This document shows positions 40,576 to 51,915 of a stretch of 64,000 nt of DNA, in pieces. The DNA is from Catajapyx aquilonaris (taxonomy: Eukaryota). The position numbers were made by a program, and so were the translations under genes. Position 1 is the first letter of the stretch. Each line of letters opens with the position of its first letter. The stretch spans positions 62,001 to 126,000 of the forward strand of contig KZ537990.1 in NCBI GenBank assembly GCA_000934665.2, in the 5' to 3' direction. The notes below the pieces were generated by a model. That model searched no databases. It saw nothing but the letters and a program-made list of their open reading frames with translations, and had not been told where the DNA came from.

Positions 40576-40608
40576 TCAAGCAGTTTCAGCAGGCACAACT
40601 TCCGCAGC
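40576..40608 (-). CDS. TnI-2 alternative terminal coding exon (AAEVVPAETA*), from the internal donor at 42204
   Basis: TTACAG acceptor; TGA GAG|GTGAGT; UTR exon from 40485. Confidence 0.78.
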   Translation of the reverse strand, partial: AAEVVPAETA

Positions 40609-42170
40609 CTGTAACAATGACGATGGAACAATATAATTGTCACTTGTTCTCTCTGCACAATTAGCGCGTCTCAATGACTGCTTATAGTATGATGTGTGTA
40701 TGAAGCATGGATTGAAATAAATGTCAAGTTGCAATGCCCTATATAAAAACATCCATCCTGACCTCATTTGAATTAAATGTGTACCATTGGTGTGTTCCTG
40801 ACTGTTATATTTACAAAAAATAATAATTAAGCGTTCCGGCACTTTAAGTCGACATGATTAATGTGTGCAACCAGAGAAGCGTGCAATCCCTTTACCCGGG
40901 TGTTATTATTAATATGTGTAGCTATTTCAGGTGTGCTATTTTTGCTTCTGTCGCAATTCCGCAAAGTCACGTCTCATTAAAAACTGCGGCATGCACAAGA
41001 AAATAATTGCGTCTAAGTTCTACTTTCTACCATCAGCCGGTGTGAGACTGTGTAAACTTTCATCAGTTCGGCGCGTGCTAAAAATATATACGAACAGAAC
41101 TGGACATGTCATTGCACAATCACGTGTGTTTAGAGTAAAAAAGCTTGGACAGACAATGTAAAAAAAAATCTGTGTACATTCGAATAGTGTGAGACACGTA
41201 AAGTTTGTAAGAACAGGAATAGAAAATTTCTAGGGAAGAAGGTTGATCTATATTCAAAGAAAAAAAAGTTCTACAACTTGCAGTCAGTACTTTTTTTTTC
41301 TACGACGTACCAGAGTTGATTTAGCACAGGTTTATTTCACTTCTCATTTTGTCAATATACAAGCACAGGAAGTGTTTTATTATTATTGTCGGTGTCAGAT
41401 GACGTGGTAGTTCTACAGCTGAGATGTTACAAGCCATATCACATACATGTATATATATTTATGCTGCGTTCTTTTCTGGCGATTCGTACATGGTAGCACC
41501 AATGGAAATCAGTTTCAGCTACTAATGAGCTGGCTGAAAATTAGAATCGTAAAACAATGCATCATATACAGAGTCGCAAAAAGGCAGGGTTTTTTTTCAT
41601 CAAGTTGTCAACACAAAATAAATTAATGCGTCTAACAAGCAAGAGTAAAATCAAGAGAAGAAAACCATAGAACGTGTCCGATTAATTGGTGTAAAGACTG
41701 ACCTACTAACTACGACCATTCCAACTACTTCAGGCAGATAATAGATAGCTCTTAGTGACTATAGTGATTTTTGGTGCCCCACAAGTTATAGTCACCTGTC
41801 AGTAAGATTTATCTATTCGGCCCTCACATCCATAGCAGGCAATAGAAGGTGCAACTAGTAATTGTGTTACACTAGTGTCTACAACCCATCTACCTGTTTT
41901 TTTCGGAACTTTTTCGACCTCAAAAAATTGAACAAGTGTCACCATTTTATGTCATAGGTACACAAAAAATAATCCGATTGTCTCGTCAGTTGGGGGGGAA
42001 GAAAGGCAGGTCAGGACTTTACACCGCAAGTTTTGGAGGGAAGAATGGATGTTACTGGAACCCAAACACAATATTACATAAGCGTCAAATTATATACTGA
42101 TTTTTGGACTCATTTTTTTTTAAATCTGCTGATTGGGATTTTTGATCAGCACTTTGATTTAAGGATTTTA

Positions 42171-45100
42171 TTAGGCCTCCTGTGCCTGTTCCCCGCCTTT
42201 TACCTTCTCTCCAGCCTTCTTTGACCATTCGGGCTTGTCCTTGTCCTTTTTCTGGAAAGAAGCAACAAACACACATGTTTATTACGGGAATATATATGAT
42301 AGATCAAAAATCTATAATCCAAAATGCGTAAGCAATCGATTTTTTCCATTTTTAAAAATGTGTGTGAAGCAACAATATTCTCATAGGAACTTTGTGAAGA
42401 AGAATCCTGAAAAATAACTTGTTTTCTTGCTTGTACAAAGATAGACAGCACAGTTAATGAGTCGTATCAGACAAACTTTATCTCTTGTTTGAAAATATGC
42501 CTTTGGTCAGTGCGGTGTCCTTTTCATTCATCGCGAATTTTAGTTTAGGCGTTGTGCCAAGGCGACACCGCGGTATGCCTGCTGTGTTCTGAGCCAACAA
42601 TTCGAAAATGACTAATTATTGTCGGTGCTTCACACAGCATAATAATTAGGCGCCTTCTGGCAGCTTTCGTGAAATAAATTGGGTGCACAAAATAAACTGC
42701 TTGCCACACACCTTCTTGATGTCCTCCTCCTCCATGGTGAACTCCTTCTTCTGGACCTGCTTCAGCTGGTTGCGGAAATTGAACTCAGCCGCCTTCTTCT
42801 GCAGCTTGGCAAACTTGTTCTCATACTTGGATACCTTCTTCAGGGTTGGCTTCACGCTGAAAAGTTCGGGGATGAAAATTATATCTGATGGATACAGTAT
42901 ACCCTTTACAGGAATTGAATAAATTGTACTTACAACTTTCCACGAAGATCGTTGACAAGTATGTTCAGTTCGTTGATCTGTACAAATGATGACAAAAAGT
43001 GTCAATTATTTGCCCTAGAGAAGTGTAGTGTAAAAACATATCAATTTTGTTTACGTACTTTGGTGCTATGTTATAAATAACACTAGCTGTAATAGTTCTA
43101 AGAATGCTATAAGATTAGTGGCAATAAGAAAGGCTACAGGATATAGGATAGTCATGCGCTGCTGAATCACGTGCAGCCATTTCATGCAGGCAATAGTAAG
43201 TGTGATTATAATTACCATTAATAGATAGAGTGAAATATGTGACATAAATAATAACGCATGGAATGTCGAAAAATAGTTGCATGTTTTGCTTTCACGTTTC
43301 GCAATAACATATTGACTCTTAGATGTGTGTACTGCATGTTGACCAGAATCATATTAACAAGAGATACGTTTTAGCATGTGTTTATCTACATTAATAAAAA
43401 AACAGATGCCAAAATATGGCGACTGGCGCAAAGAAAATTAACCTACACATGTTTTTCCTTGACTTGTATAGTTTGACTTTGAAAATTGAATGTGCATCAG
43501 AAATAAGTGTTCGAGTGATCAATTTCGCATTGAAAATTTGGTGCTATTGGTGGTGCAAAATGTAGATGTGAATATGCTGAGGAGGGAACTACAGTAGCCT
43601 ACTAGAACTATCTGTTCGCAAGCAACCTATTGGGCAGGTGGTTAACATGGTGCGCAATCCAAATAGTATGTCAAGAAACTGTGCCTAATTTGCATACTGA
43701 GAAGAAAAAGAAAGTATAGTCAGCCAGTTGCAGCACAGAATGGTCAGGGTTTTATGGAGGATAAGTGTGAAATAATATTGTGATTAATTTTTGTATTAGA
43801 GGATTTGGAATACAAAGTGTAGGCATATATGTACAGTTAGCTCTTCTAAAGAAATAAATTCCTTTAAAATTTATTATGCAAAGTATAAAAATTTAACAAA
43901 TTTGATTTTCCTCATGCATATAAGAAGTAAACTGAAATAATTCTAGTTAAAAATTCTATAATCGCGATTGGTGTACATGAACAGAAATATTGCAACAAAC
44001 TTGCCTTCAGTTAGTATATAGGCTACTAGAATGAAATAAAAATTACTACGCATTAAGAAACTTTAAGGGGTTCATTTCTAGCAGTAGCATTTTGTAACAT
44101 TGTTTTATTTCAGGGTACCACCGTATCAGTTCAAGGTTTCCAAACGTCGCAATATAACTTATATGCCCTTGGCAACTTGTCATTGATACACTTTAATACC
44201 TAAGATCAGGATATTAAAAGAGACATGTAATTTTTTTCTGTTCATACCGACATGCAACTAAGGCTGACCTTTTTATATCGAGGATGTACTGTCTTTAATT
44301 ATTATTAAGCATAGACTTTCAACTTTACTTTGGATCCTGCACCATATTAATCAGGCTTGACATTTGGGGGGTCAATCCACTGGATTGTACCAATATCCAG
44401 TTTTTCTTCAAGTCGAATAATCTACTGTATGAGACTAAAAACCCAGAAAGCAAATCTTCTGGCCAGCCCGATTAATATTTTGTGACCTTTATTATTTTCT
44501 GCAATGTTAAGGAATATTAAAATAGTCCCTTATAAGAAGCTTTACAGATTTACATGTCACAGATTTTTCCTTGTTGAATATGTTTTGTTAAATTAAAACA
44601 TTTGACATATTCTTAATTCGGGCAGGTCAAGAAGATGTGAACAATATGGGAATTATATTAGATTGAGAATAATTTTTTATTAATATTCCACGTAATGGAA
44701 ACTGTACCTCGTGATCTTTCTTTTGCACTTCATATTCCAAATCCCATTTCTGCGATTCACAAGACTGAATGCGCTTATAATACTCCTCAATCACTTGCTT
44801 GATCTCGCCTACAAAACGATAGCAAATGGTACATATAAAAAATGGACAAAAAAATCCCATGTCACCGATCTAGATTTTTTTTTAAATTTAACCTCTCCAT
44901 ATATTAATTTCTGTGAACGGATAGAGTCCACTGAAATTGCAATATTGATACGAATCAATTCTGGCCACAATCCTTTGTAGATGTCAATGAAGGTCATGCA
45001 ACTTGCCTACTGATTGCAGCGAAAATCAGAGCGAGAGAAGAGAGAGAAGAGACACTAAAAAAAAGCTCGCGAAAATTTTTGCAAAAATCGTCGTTACCTC

Positions 45101-48100
45101 TAAATCCTTTACTTTATTCTGCTGCTCAAGATCATAAGTGTCACCCTCAAGTTTGCAACATTTTTCGTAGTACTCTCGCACAATAGACTGAAGCTCCGCT
45201 AGAATGCGAAAAAAATGCCAAAATTTACCATGTTGGTATAATTCTTGCTATTGCGCGATGCCACTTCCCTTGGCAAACATTCTTAAAACACAAAATAAAA
45301 TCTCAAAAAATTGTAAACATACAATATGTACAAATACCGCATAAAAACACAAAAAAAATCCAAAAAATGCAGCATACAAAGCAAAGTCCACAAAAAAACA
45401 CACTTTGTTGTTACCAACCCACAAATTTCTGCGTAATAAAAATACAAAAAAAGGCAACATAATGTTACCAGAATTATGTCAACTGTCAGAAAAAAGGCCA
45501 TCCTTCACATGTAGTAGAGAAAGAGAAAATTGTGTTTAAGAGTAAGACAGAGCGGCAATAAAATAAAAGCTTGAAGGATCAAATAAGCTGTATTTTGGGT
45601 TTTAGTGCTGAAATGATTTTTTTTTTTGCTTGCATCATCAGAATGGCCTTACAAACCTCGTGATCCTTGAATTCCACTTTAACCTCTAAATCATACTTAG
45701 ACGTCTCAAGAGCAGCAATTCGCTGGTGAAATTGCTTACAGAATTCACGAAGCTCACCTAATAAAACGATTAGAAAGTCACAACAAAATATTCATAGAGC
45801 AACACAACAAAAAAATACCACCCTCCAAAAATAATATTTTCTCTCCATTTGAAAAAAATACCTGTGTCCGATGTATATGTGAAGTCCTGGAGTGTAAAAA
45901 AGAAATTATGGCCAGAATATTCGCAGGCATTTAATTGTAATTAAATGTGTTTGACCGGCCAACTTAAATTATTATAGGAAAACATGCGCCAGATCAGAAC
46001 ATAATTTTGGCGCTTTTTTGCTAGAATAAAAATCCAAAAATTCCGGGCTCTAATTTTTGATAGAAAATTATCTCGCGAATCTTCTCATATTCGCGAGATT
46101 GTTTCTGATATTTTATCATTTTCTATCAAACATTAGAGCCCGGAATTTTTGGATTTTTTTTTATTCCAGCCAAAAAAGCGCCAATGGTTTAAAATGTTTT
46201 CTCTGAAATGAATCAGTTATCGCGACAGTTTACTGTTGCCAACAATAAATTTTCTGGCTCTTTTCCAGCCGAAAAATATTTCCTAAGAGGAGGTGCAACC
46301 GGGGAATAATTAATAATTCGTCGATTTCAGCTGATTTTTAACCAATAGAGAGAACATTTAGTTGCAATTCATTAAACACTCTTTTCATGTGGTCTGCTCT
46401 GATCTGTCGCATGCAAAGTATGTAATATTTTTTTATTGAATTGCAAGGCATTACCGTCGCCAGCACCATCGAAGTTCTTTGCCTTTCCGCATCTCTCCTC
46501 AATACACTTCCTTCTCTCTGCGGACTTGCGTTCCTGCTCTTTCTTCAACTCCTCAGCGGCCTTCTTTCTCAACAGGAGCTGCAGAAGAAAAGCACATTAT
46601 TGTTGCGACATGTTCTCTCGGAGAATTCCTGAGCGGTCGTTGGTCTCACCCTGAGCTTCTTCTTCCTCTCGGGGGTCATGAAACCCTTCTTTCCCTTTTT
46701 GGCAGCAGAGGCCTCCTCCAGCCTCTTTCGCACCTCCGCCTTCTTCCTCTCGATCTCAGCCTGCTTCTTCTTTCTCTCCTGATTGTTTGCACAAGGTGAG
46801 TTAAAGTATTTCAAAAATTGAATTTGCTTTACGGAACAACCAGCTGCAAGCACTTTTTTTTGTAATGAAAAAATAGCAATGCACAAGCTGCTACTCGTTC
46901 CTATTGGGTTATGCCAAATGCTTTCTGATGTAAGCTGCAACCGGCCTTTCCGCAAATACATGGTTACTCTAGCTACTATTGTAGTTGACTACAAATATAA
47001 CACAGCCTAGATTTGCATAACAATCAGAGCCTAGCGAGTGCGGTCATTTTGATGGCCATTTTTTTTTTAAATAAAGAAACTGCTGCCTGATTTAGAGAAA
47101 TGATTGATGATAATATCTCGCAAGCTTCAGATATCAAATCTGAATTATCTGAATTATTAAATAACTAAAATTCAGACAATTGGGACTCCGGCCGTTATGC
47201 AAGGGCTTTAAATACAAAATGTTGTTAGTATAATGTATGCATATGAGGCCTTTACGATTATATTAACTATGCCATACAATCTGTATATTTTCATATCAAT
47301 TTTTCTAAACATATTAATGCGATCCACAGTGATTTTAAAGCACGACTATTCCATTACTGCAATAATACATAGCATTATTTTTAGCCGCCGCTTTGCTGCC
47401 ATTTACCAAAATTTAATTAATGCATTTAATGCCCATTAACATTAAGCTAGGCGCTAAAAGCTCATTGAGAATTTAAAGCATTTAAGCAAATTAATAAACG
47501 GTGTCCAATTGTTTTGTTTGAATCTATCACATCATACAAAATAGTCCCAATTTTTTTCTAATTTCAACTACGTAAATTGAGGCAAATTGCACAATTTCAC
47601 ATTGAAATGGCTAATACAAATAACCTCCAATTAGAGGTAATATTATAAACGGTTTTCCCAAGGTTCAACCATTGGAAAAATTTTCCTTTCGACCTCATAT
47701 GCTCAGCACGTGAATCAAACCCTGGTCCTTGGAGAGTGTCCCAAAAAAATCATCCTCAACATCATCGCGCCTCGCCCACTTTATCGCAAACTTTGGCTCC
47801 TGCAGACGGGTATTTATAGCCTATCAAATCGTTCTGGCCTCGAGGATGCTCCCCACCAGTTACAGACTTTTTTTTTTGCCGATATATTTATGTGTGCCCA
47901 TGTGGTTAGTGTTCACACGTTCGGTAATCTTACGTGCCTCTTCCACCCTCTTCCTCTGAAAAAAAGAAGGAAAAAAAATATATTAATAGACGTCAACAAT
48001 TGCAGATATGTTAGTTCTATACCGTTCTCTCCACTTGTTATTGCCATACGAAAAAAATGAGACAACATATAGTCAAAAAACTGTGGGTTTCAAACAAAGG

Positions 48101-50190
48101 AGAGACGTTCTTTTAAAAAAGCTACACAAAAATATTTGGCTACGAACATTCCAAAAAAAATATGTACATGAAACAGTAAGAAAAGAAAAGAAAAAGCGAA
48201 ACAACCGGCGATATTTACCGATCTAGTAAAGCAGCGTTGAGCTCGGGGGGGCAGGGGCTTTTGGGGGGCATCTCTTCTATTTTTTTATATAAAACTTCCG
48301 TGAAGGGGGGGTCAAATTGGGGGGATTTGTTTTGGGTTCAAGAATTGGGGAAGTTTGGGGGGCCAGGTTTGGAGGGTCGAAAGAATGGACGCTGTCTGAA
48401 GCATCTGAACTCTATGAGGGCGGAGGAAATTGGGAGGGCTAACAATCGCGTCTGAAAGAAGCAACAATGAGATCATGTTTCAATAAGCGGAAATTCAGCA
48501 TTAAAGAAAAATTATTGTCCGTTTCCGACTTTTGGGACGTTTTTTGTTCTGTTGCAAGCGAAAATAAAAAGGATTGGAAGACACCAGATCTCGATAGCAC
48601 TTTGAGAGTGTTAGTGAACATGACATGTAACAACAGAGGCGACAATGGACTGGATCAATTTTTAGTATGATCAGCAATTTCCAAGAGAGAAGAAAGAGAA
48701 ATTGGGAATTGTTTTGCTCAGAAACCAGTTTAAATTGTTGCTTTTGACGTAATTTCTTTATGCAAAATACAGTATGTGATTCATTTATGTAATGGTATGT
48801 AATCCGTTCTCGTAATCTACTTCATTTGTTTGTGTAATTTTTAAATTAATTATTTTATGTAATTTGTGTAACTTTCATGTGATTGATTCATTTAAACTTT
48901 TGAGAGTAAGCATTCAAGAGCTTCTTCCTGCCTCGGTTTTTTGGCAGAGAACAATCTTATTCTTTATAGTTAAAATGCACACTATTGTTGAGCAAATTGG
49001 AGTCAAAAATGAATCCATTCCAGGCGCCTCTGCAAGTGTTAGTTTGGTAAATTAAGTAAACCAGATCTTACAAGCACTTCCTCATCCTCCTCCTCGTCGG
49101 TGCTGGCAGGATGAGTACAATGACCGTGATTAGTCACTTCATATAATTATTTATGTAAAACCACACATTAAAGTTAAACTACAGTTAAATCACCTCGTGT
49201 GAGCAGAATCACTCGAACTATAACTATAAATATTAAAGGTGGGGTGTCCTGTGAATGTTTACATAAACAATATTGGACCAAGTTGTTTACATCACACCAT
49301 GCATAGTATACCTTCCGCTTTTTCGTATTGTTGTGTGTCCCAAGAGGAAGTGAAACGAGCACAAGAAAGTGTGGAAAATGCAAGGTAGGGAAATATAGCA
49401 TCATCTATATTCGATGCTGAGGAGTTGTAATCCGATTCTGTTTTTTTGATTTTTTTGCAGGCAGATTTGCAAAGTTGTCCAAAAGTGCCCCATTCTTTAA
49501 ACCACACATCATGCAGGCAAGATCCTCATGTCTTCACGTTTGTCACTAAATACTGGGAAAGGTGAGAGAAATGTAGGAAGAAGAAAAAGGAAGAGAAGAG
49601 AGAGAGAGAGAGAAAGAGAAAGAAAAATAAATGAATAAAAATTTGTGTGAAAAAAATAAAATGCAAAACGATTCGAGTCACATTTTCATCAAAATTGAAA
49701 ACTTCTCATTGTTCAGTTTTATTATGTAACAATTACAATTCCATTGAGATACATTGAAAAACTGGGACTCATTACCCAATAAAGCATCAATAAAATTAAT
49801 CCTTGAAAATAATTGTGACGGTTCGTTCTGCACTTGTGCACTAATATGATTTAACGTAAGAAATATCATGTAGACCTACACTTTAACTTACGTAGGAAAA
49901 ATAATTATTCATTTCATAAACTATTCATTTGTATTATTAGATTACGTTCCACTGCAAACGTTTCTGTTTAAAATTGTAATTCCTCTACCTGATATTTACA
50001 GTTTAGTAATCCAAAATCCCGAAATAAAATATCAGGCATTAAAGTAGAAATAAACACTATCCTAATCAACACTATACACTAGCCTATATAATTAACACTT
50101 ACTTTAGCACACTTCTTGAGTATATTCCCGCAAGGGTAAATGTCAGCAAAATATTCATTTGTCTTACCTCACCTCGTCGTCGTCCGCCAT
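42171..50190 (-). CDS. wupA: Troponin I paralog 2 (most canonical), ~213 aa; exons 50190-50173, [microexon 47955-47938/47934], 46778-46650, 46578-46455, MXE a 45757-45657, b 45198-45098 or c 44808-44708, 42977-42934, 42856-42712, 42251-42171
   Basis: [38 protein letters not shown] and [40 protein letters not shown]; three homologous 101-nt exons in identical phase. Confidence 0.95.
46007..46184. mobile_element. Long palindrome / MITE-like insertion in the TnI-2 intron upstream of the MXE cassette
   Basis: TTGGCGCTTTTTTG...AATCCAAAAATTCCGGGCTCTAAT...TCTCGCGAAT is inverted as ATTCGCGAGA...ATTAGAGCCCGGAATTTTTGGATT...CAAAAAAGCGCCAA. Confidence 0.75.
48219..48405 (-). promoter_or_regulatory. Candidate internal alternative first exon/promoter of TnI-2 (homolog at 60188-60003 in TnI-3)
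   Basis: Conserved AGATGCTT(T)CAGACAGCGTCCAT start block, C-rich body and CAACGCTGCTTTA...ATCG|GTAAAT donor in both genes. Confidence 0.5.
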
Positions 50191-50779
50191 TGTTATAAGG
50201 TCTTACTTCCAGCCGAAACCTGCAATTAAAACAGCATTGTTACACAAATGTGTATGCATCCCAGTTATTTGGAGAAGCAATAATTGAGTGTATTATAATA
50301 TTGGGCAACATGAATACTAACTAATAATATATAACTAATAAAGTACAGTATGTAGTTGCTGCTATTGCTGTTGCTGTTGTTACTCTGCTGCTTGAGGACA
50401 TGTGGAGTACAATGGTCTTTACATATTGAGAGAAATATTCAATTGATACCGAATAATTGTTTTTCAATCTTCGTGTATTTCTGTCTCAGTATTGATTTTA
50501 TTTTCTAGGAATGAATGGACCTGGTGTAAGAAGGGGGCTTATTATCTCTGTATCGAAATTGGAGATGTTTGCAACTATAGAAACCTGTAGTCAATGAAAT
50601 AACGTCAGGTAATAATCCATCACATTTCTTTCCTGTTGAAAAAAAAGGCATAGCGAATGACGCAAAAAGCAAATATTTTTCTTCCGGGACGAGAGAGAAG
50701 AAAAAAAAAACTTCGACTTGTTTCGCTTTTACGAGGTTGGTGCAGATGCTGCCATCTGGTGCTTGAGGGAGCGGGCATC

Positions 50780-50910
50780 TAAGTTTATCTCAAGGGCTCC
50801 CGAAATATAATTGAGGTCTTCCAGCTACCAAGCCCATATTTGGAGCGAAGGAAATAGACCGACTGGGTAACAGGCCAAAATTCGTATTACTTTTTCCCGA
50901 ATGTCATATT
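50780..50910. promoter_or_regulatory. Conserved intron-1 muscle enhancer of TnI-2 with CArG box (50834-50843)
   Basis: CCATATTTGG; the block aligns across the three paralogs. Confidence 0.65.
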
Positions 50911-51733
50911 TAATTAGTCATCTTTGAGGACAGCCACTTATTATGAGCTTTATATGCGCAGTACCAAAACATCTTCAAACGTTGGATGTACTTTCTGCTT
51001 GTAACGTGTAAAAAGTGAACGCCTGGATTCGCAAATTTGTAGAATATTTAGCTAAATAATGTTGTAATGCTAATTAATGTAAATGATGGAGGTTGTCTAC
51101 CACCAAATATAAGTAGTGTAAAATGGGAGATCTATAATAAATTTTACATATAACCGTATGTCTTTATTTCCATGATTTTATATATAGGTGTTTTGCAAGT
51201 TTTGAAATTATCCTAATTATTTTGTGATAATCGCAAATACACACTAGTCATACGTGAGTCATACTGACTCCCTCTGAATAGAAATATTCCAGCAATGTTT
51301 TAAAATATTTTAGCACTTCACAAACTTTGCTTAACAACGACTACATTAAACTGCACTGTTGAGACATAAATAAGATTAAACCTAGCACGAACGAAGCCCT
51401 CAAAAAAAATCTTATGTTAAGACACGGCCCGGAATTTTTTAAAAGCCCCTGAAGTGCGAGATGCTCAATTTAGAAATTACGTAATGAAAACGAGCCAACC
51501 CATTTGCTTGGCCTAAGAAGCTCATTGCGCCACTTCAAATTGGGCCAGGATTCTCGCATGATAAACGCTGTGAAAATGCAAATTATCACCGTTAACACCC
51601 CCATTTGCATCGCCTCACAACATTACATTAAACGGACCTCCTTGTCACTTCACAGCCTCACAGTAATTTGATAGGGTCACACTTGTTATTTTTTTAAAAA
51701 ATCTTCGTACCTAATTATAAACAAGGAACTTAC

Positions 51734-51915
51734 CTGGAAAATGAGAGAAAAATGTGTTTCCCCGAAGAGTGTTAAGGTGTTCCAGCCAGTAACCCAGGCA
51801 AGTACTGACTGGAAGAGACTTTTGACGATGGGGTCACGAGTATCCCATTTCGGTTTTCGTCTCCTTCTGTCATTGGCACCTGGGCCAGGCCACGTGACTT
51901 CCACGGCCCAATCAG
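51734..51915 (-). promoter_or_regulatory. TnI-2 non-coding first exon and core promoter
   Basis: CCAG|GTAAG donor at 51734, CCAGTC Inr-like site, ATTGG-N14-CACGTGA-N10-CCAAT. Confidence 0.7.

Noticed and set aside
40573..40578. Post-stop GTGAGT donor splicing into the next TnI gene (dicistronic mRNA)
   Set aside because: Each gene has a local homologous acceptor and UTR exon 60-90 nt downstream, which explains the donor.
45498..45520. Conserved CCATCCTTCAC(A/G)TGTAGTAGA between MXE a and b (also ~35311-35331) as a selector for exon b
   Set aside because: The conservation is real, but I found no convincing complementary partner by eye; it needs an IntaRNA scan.
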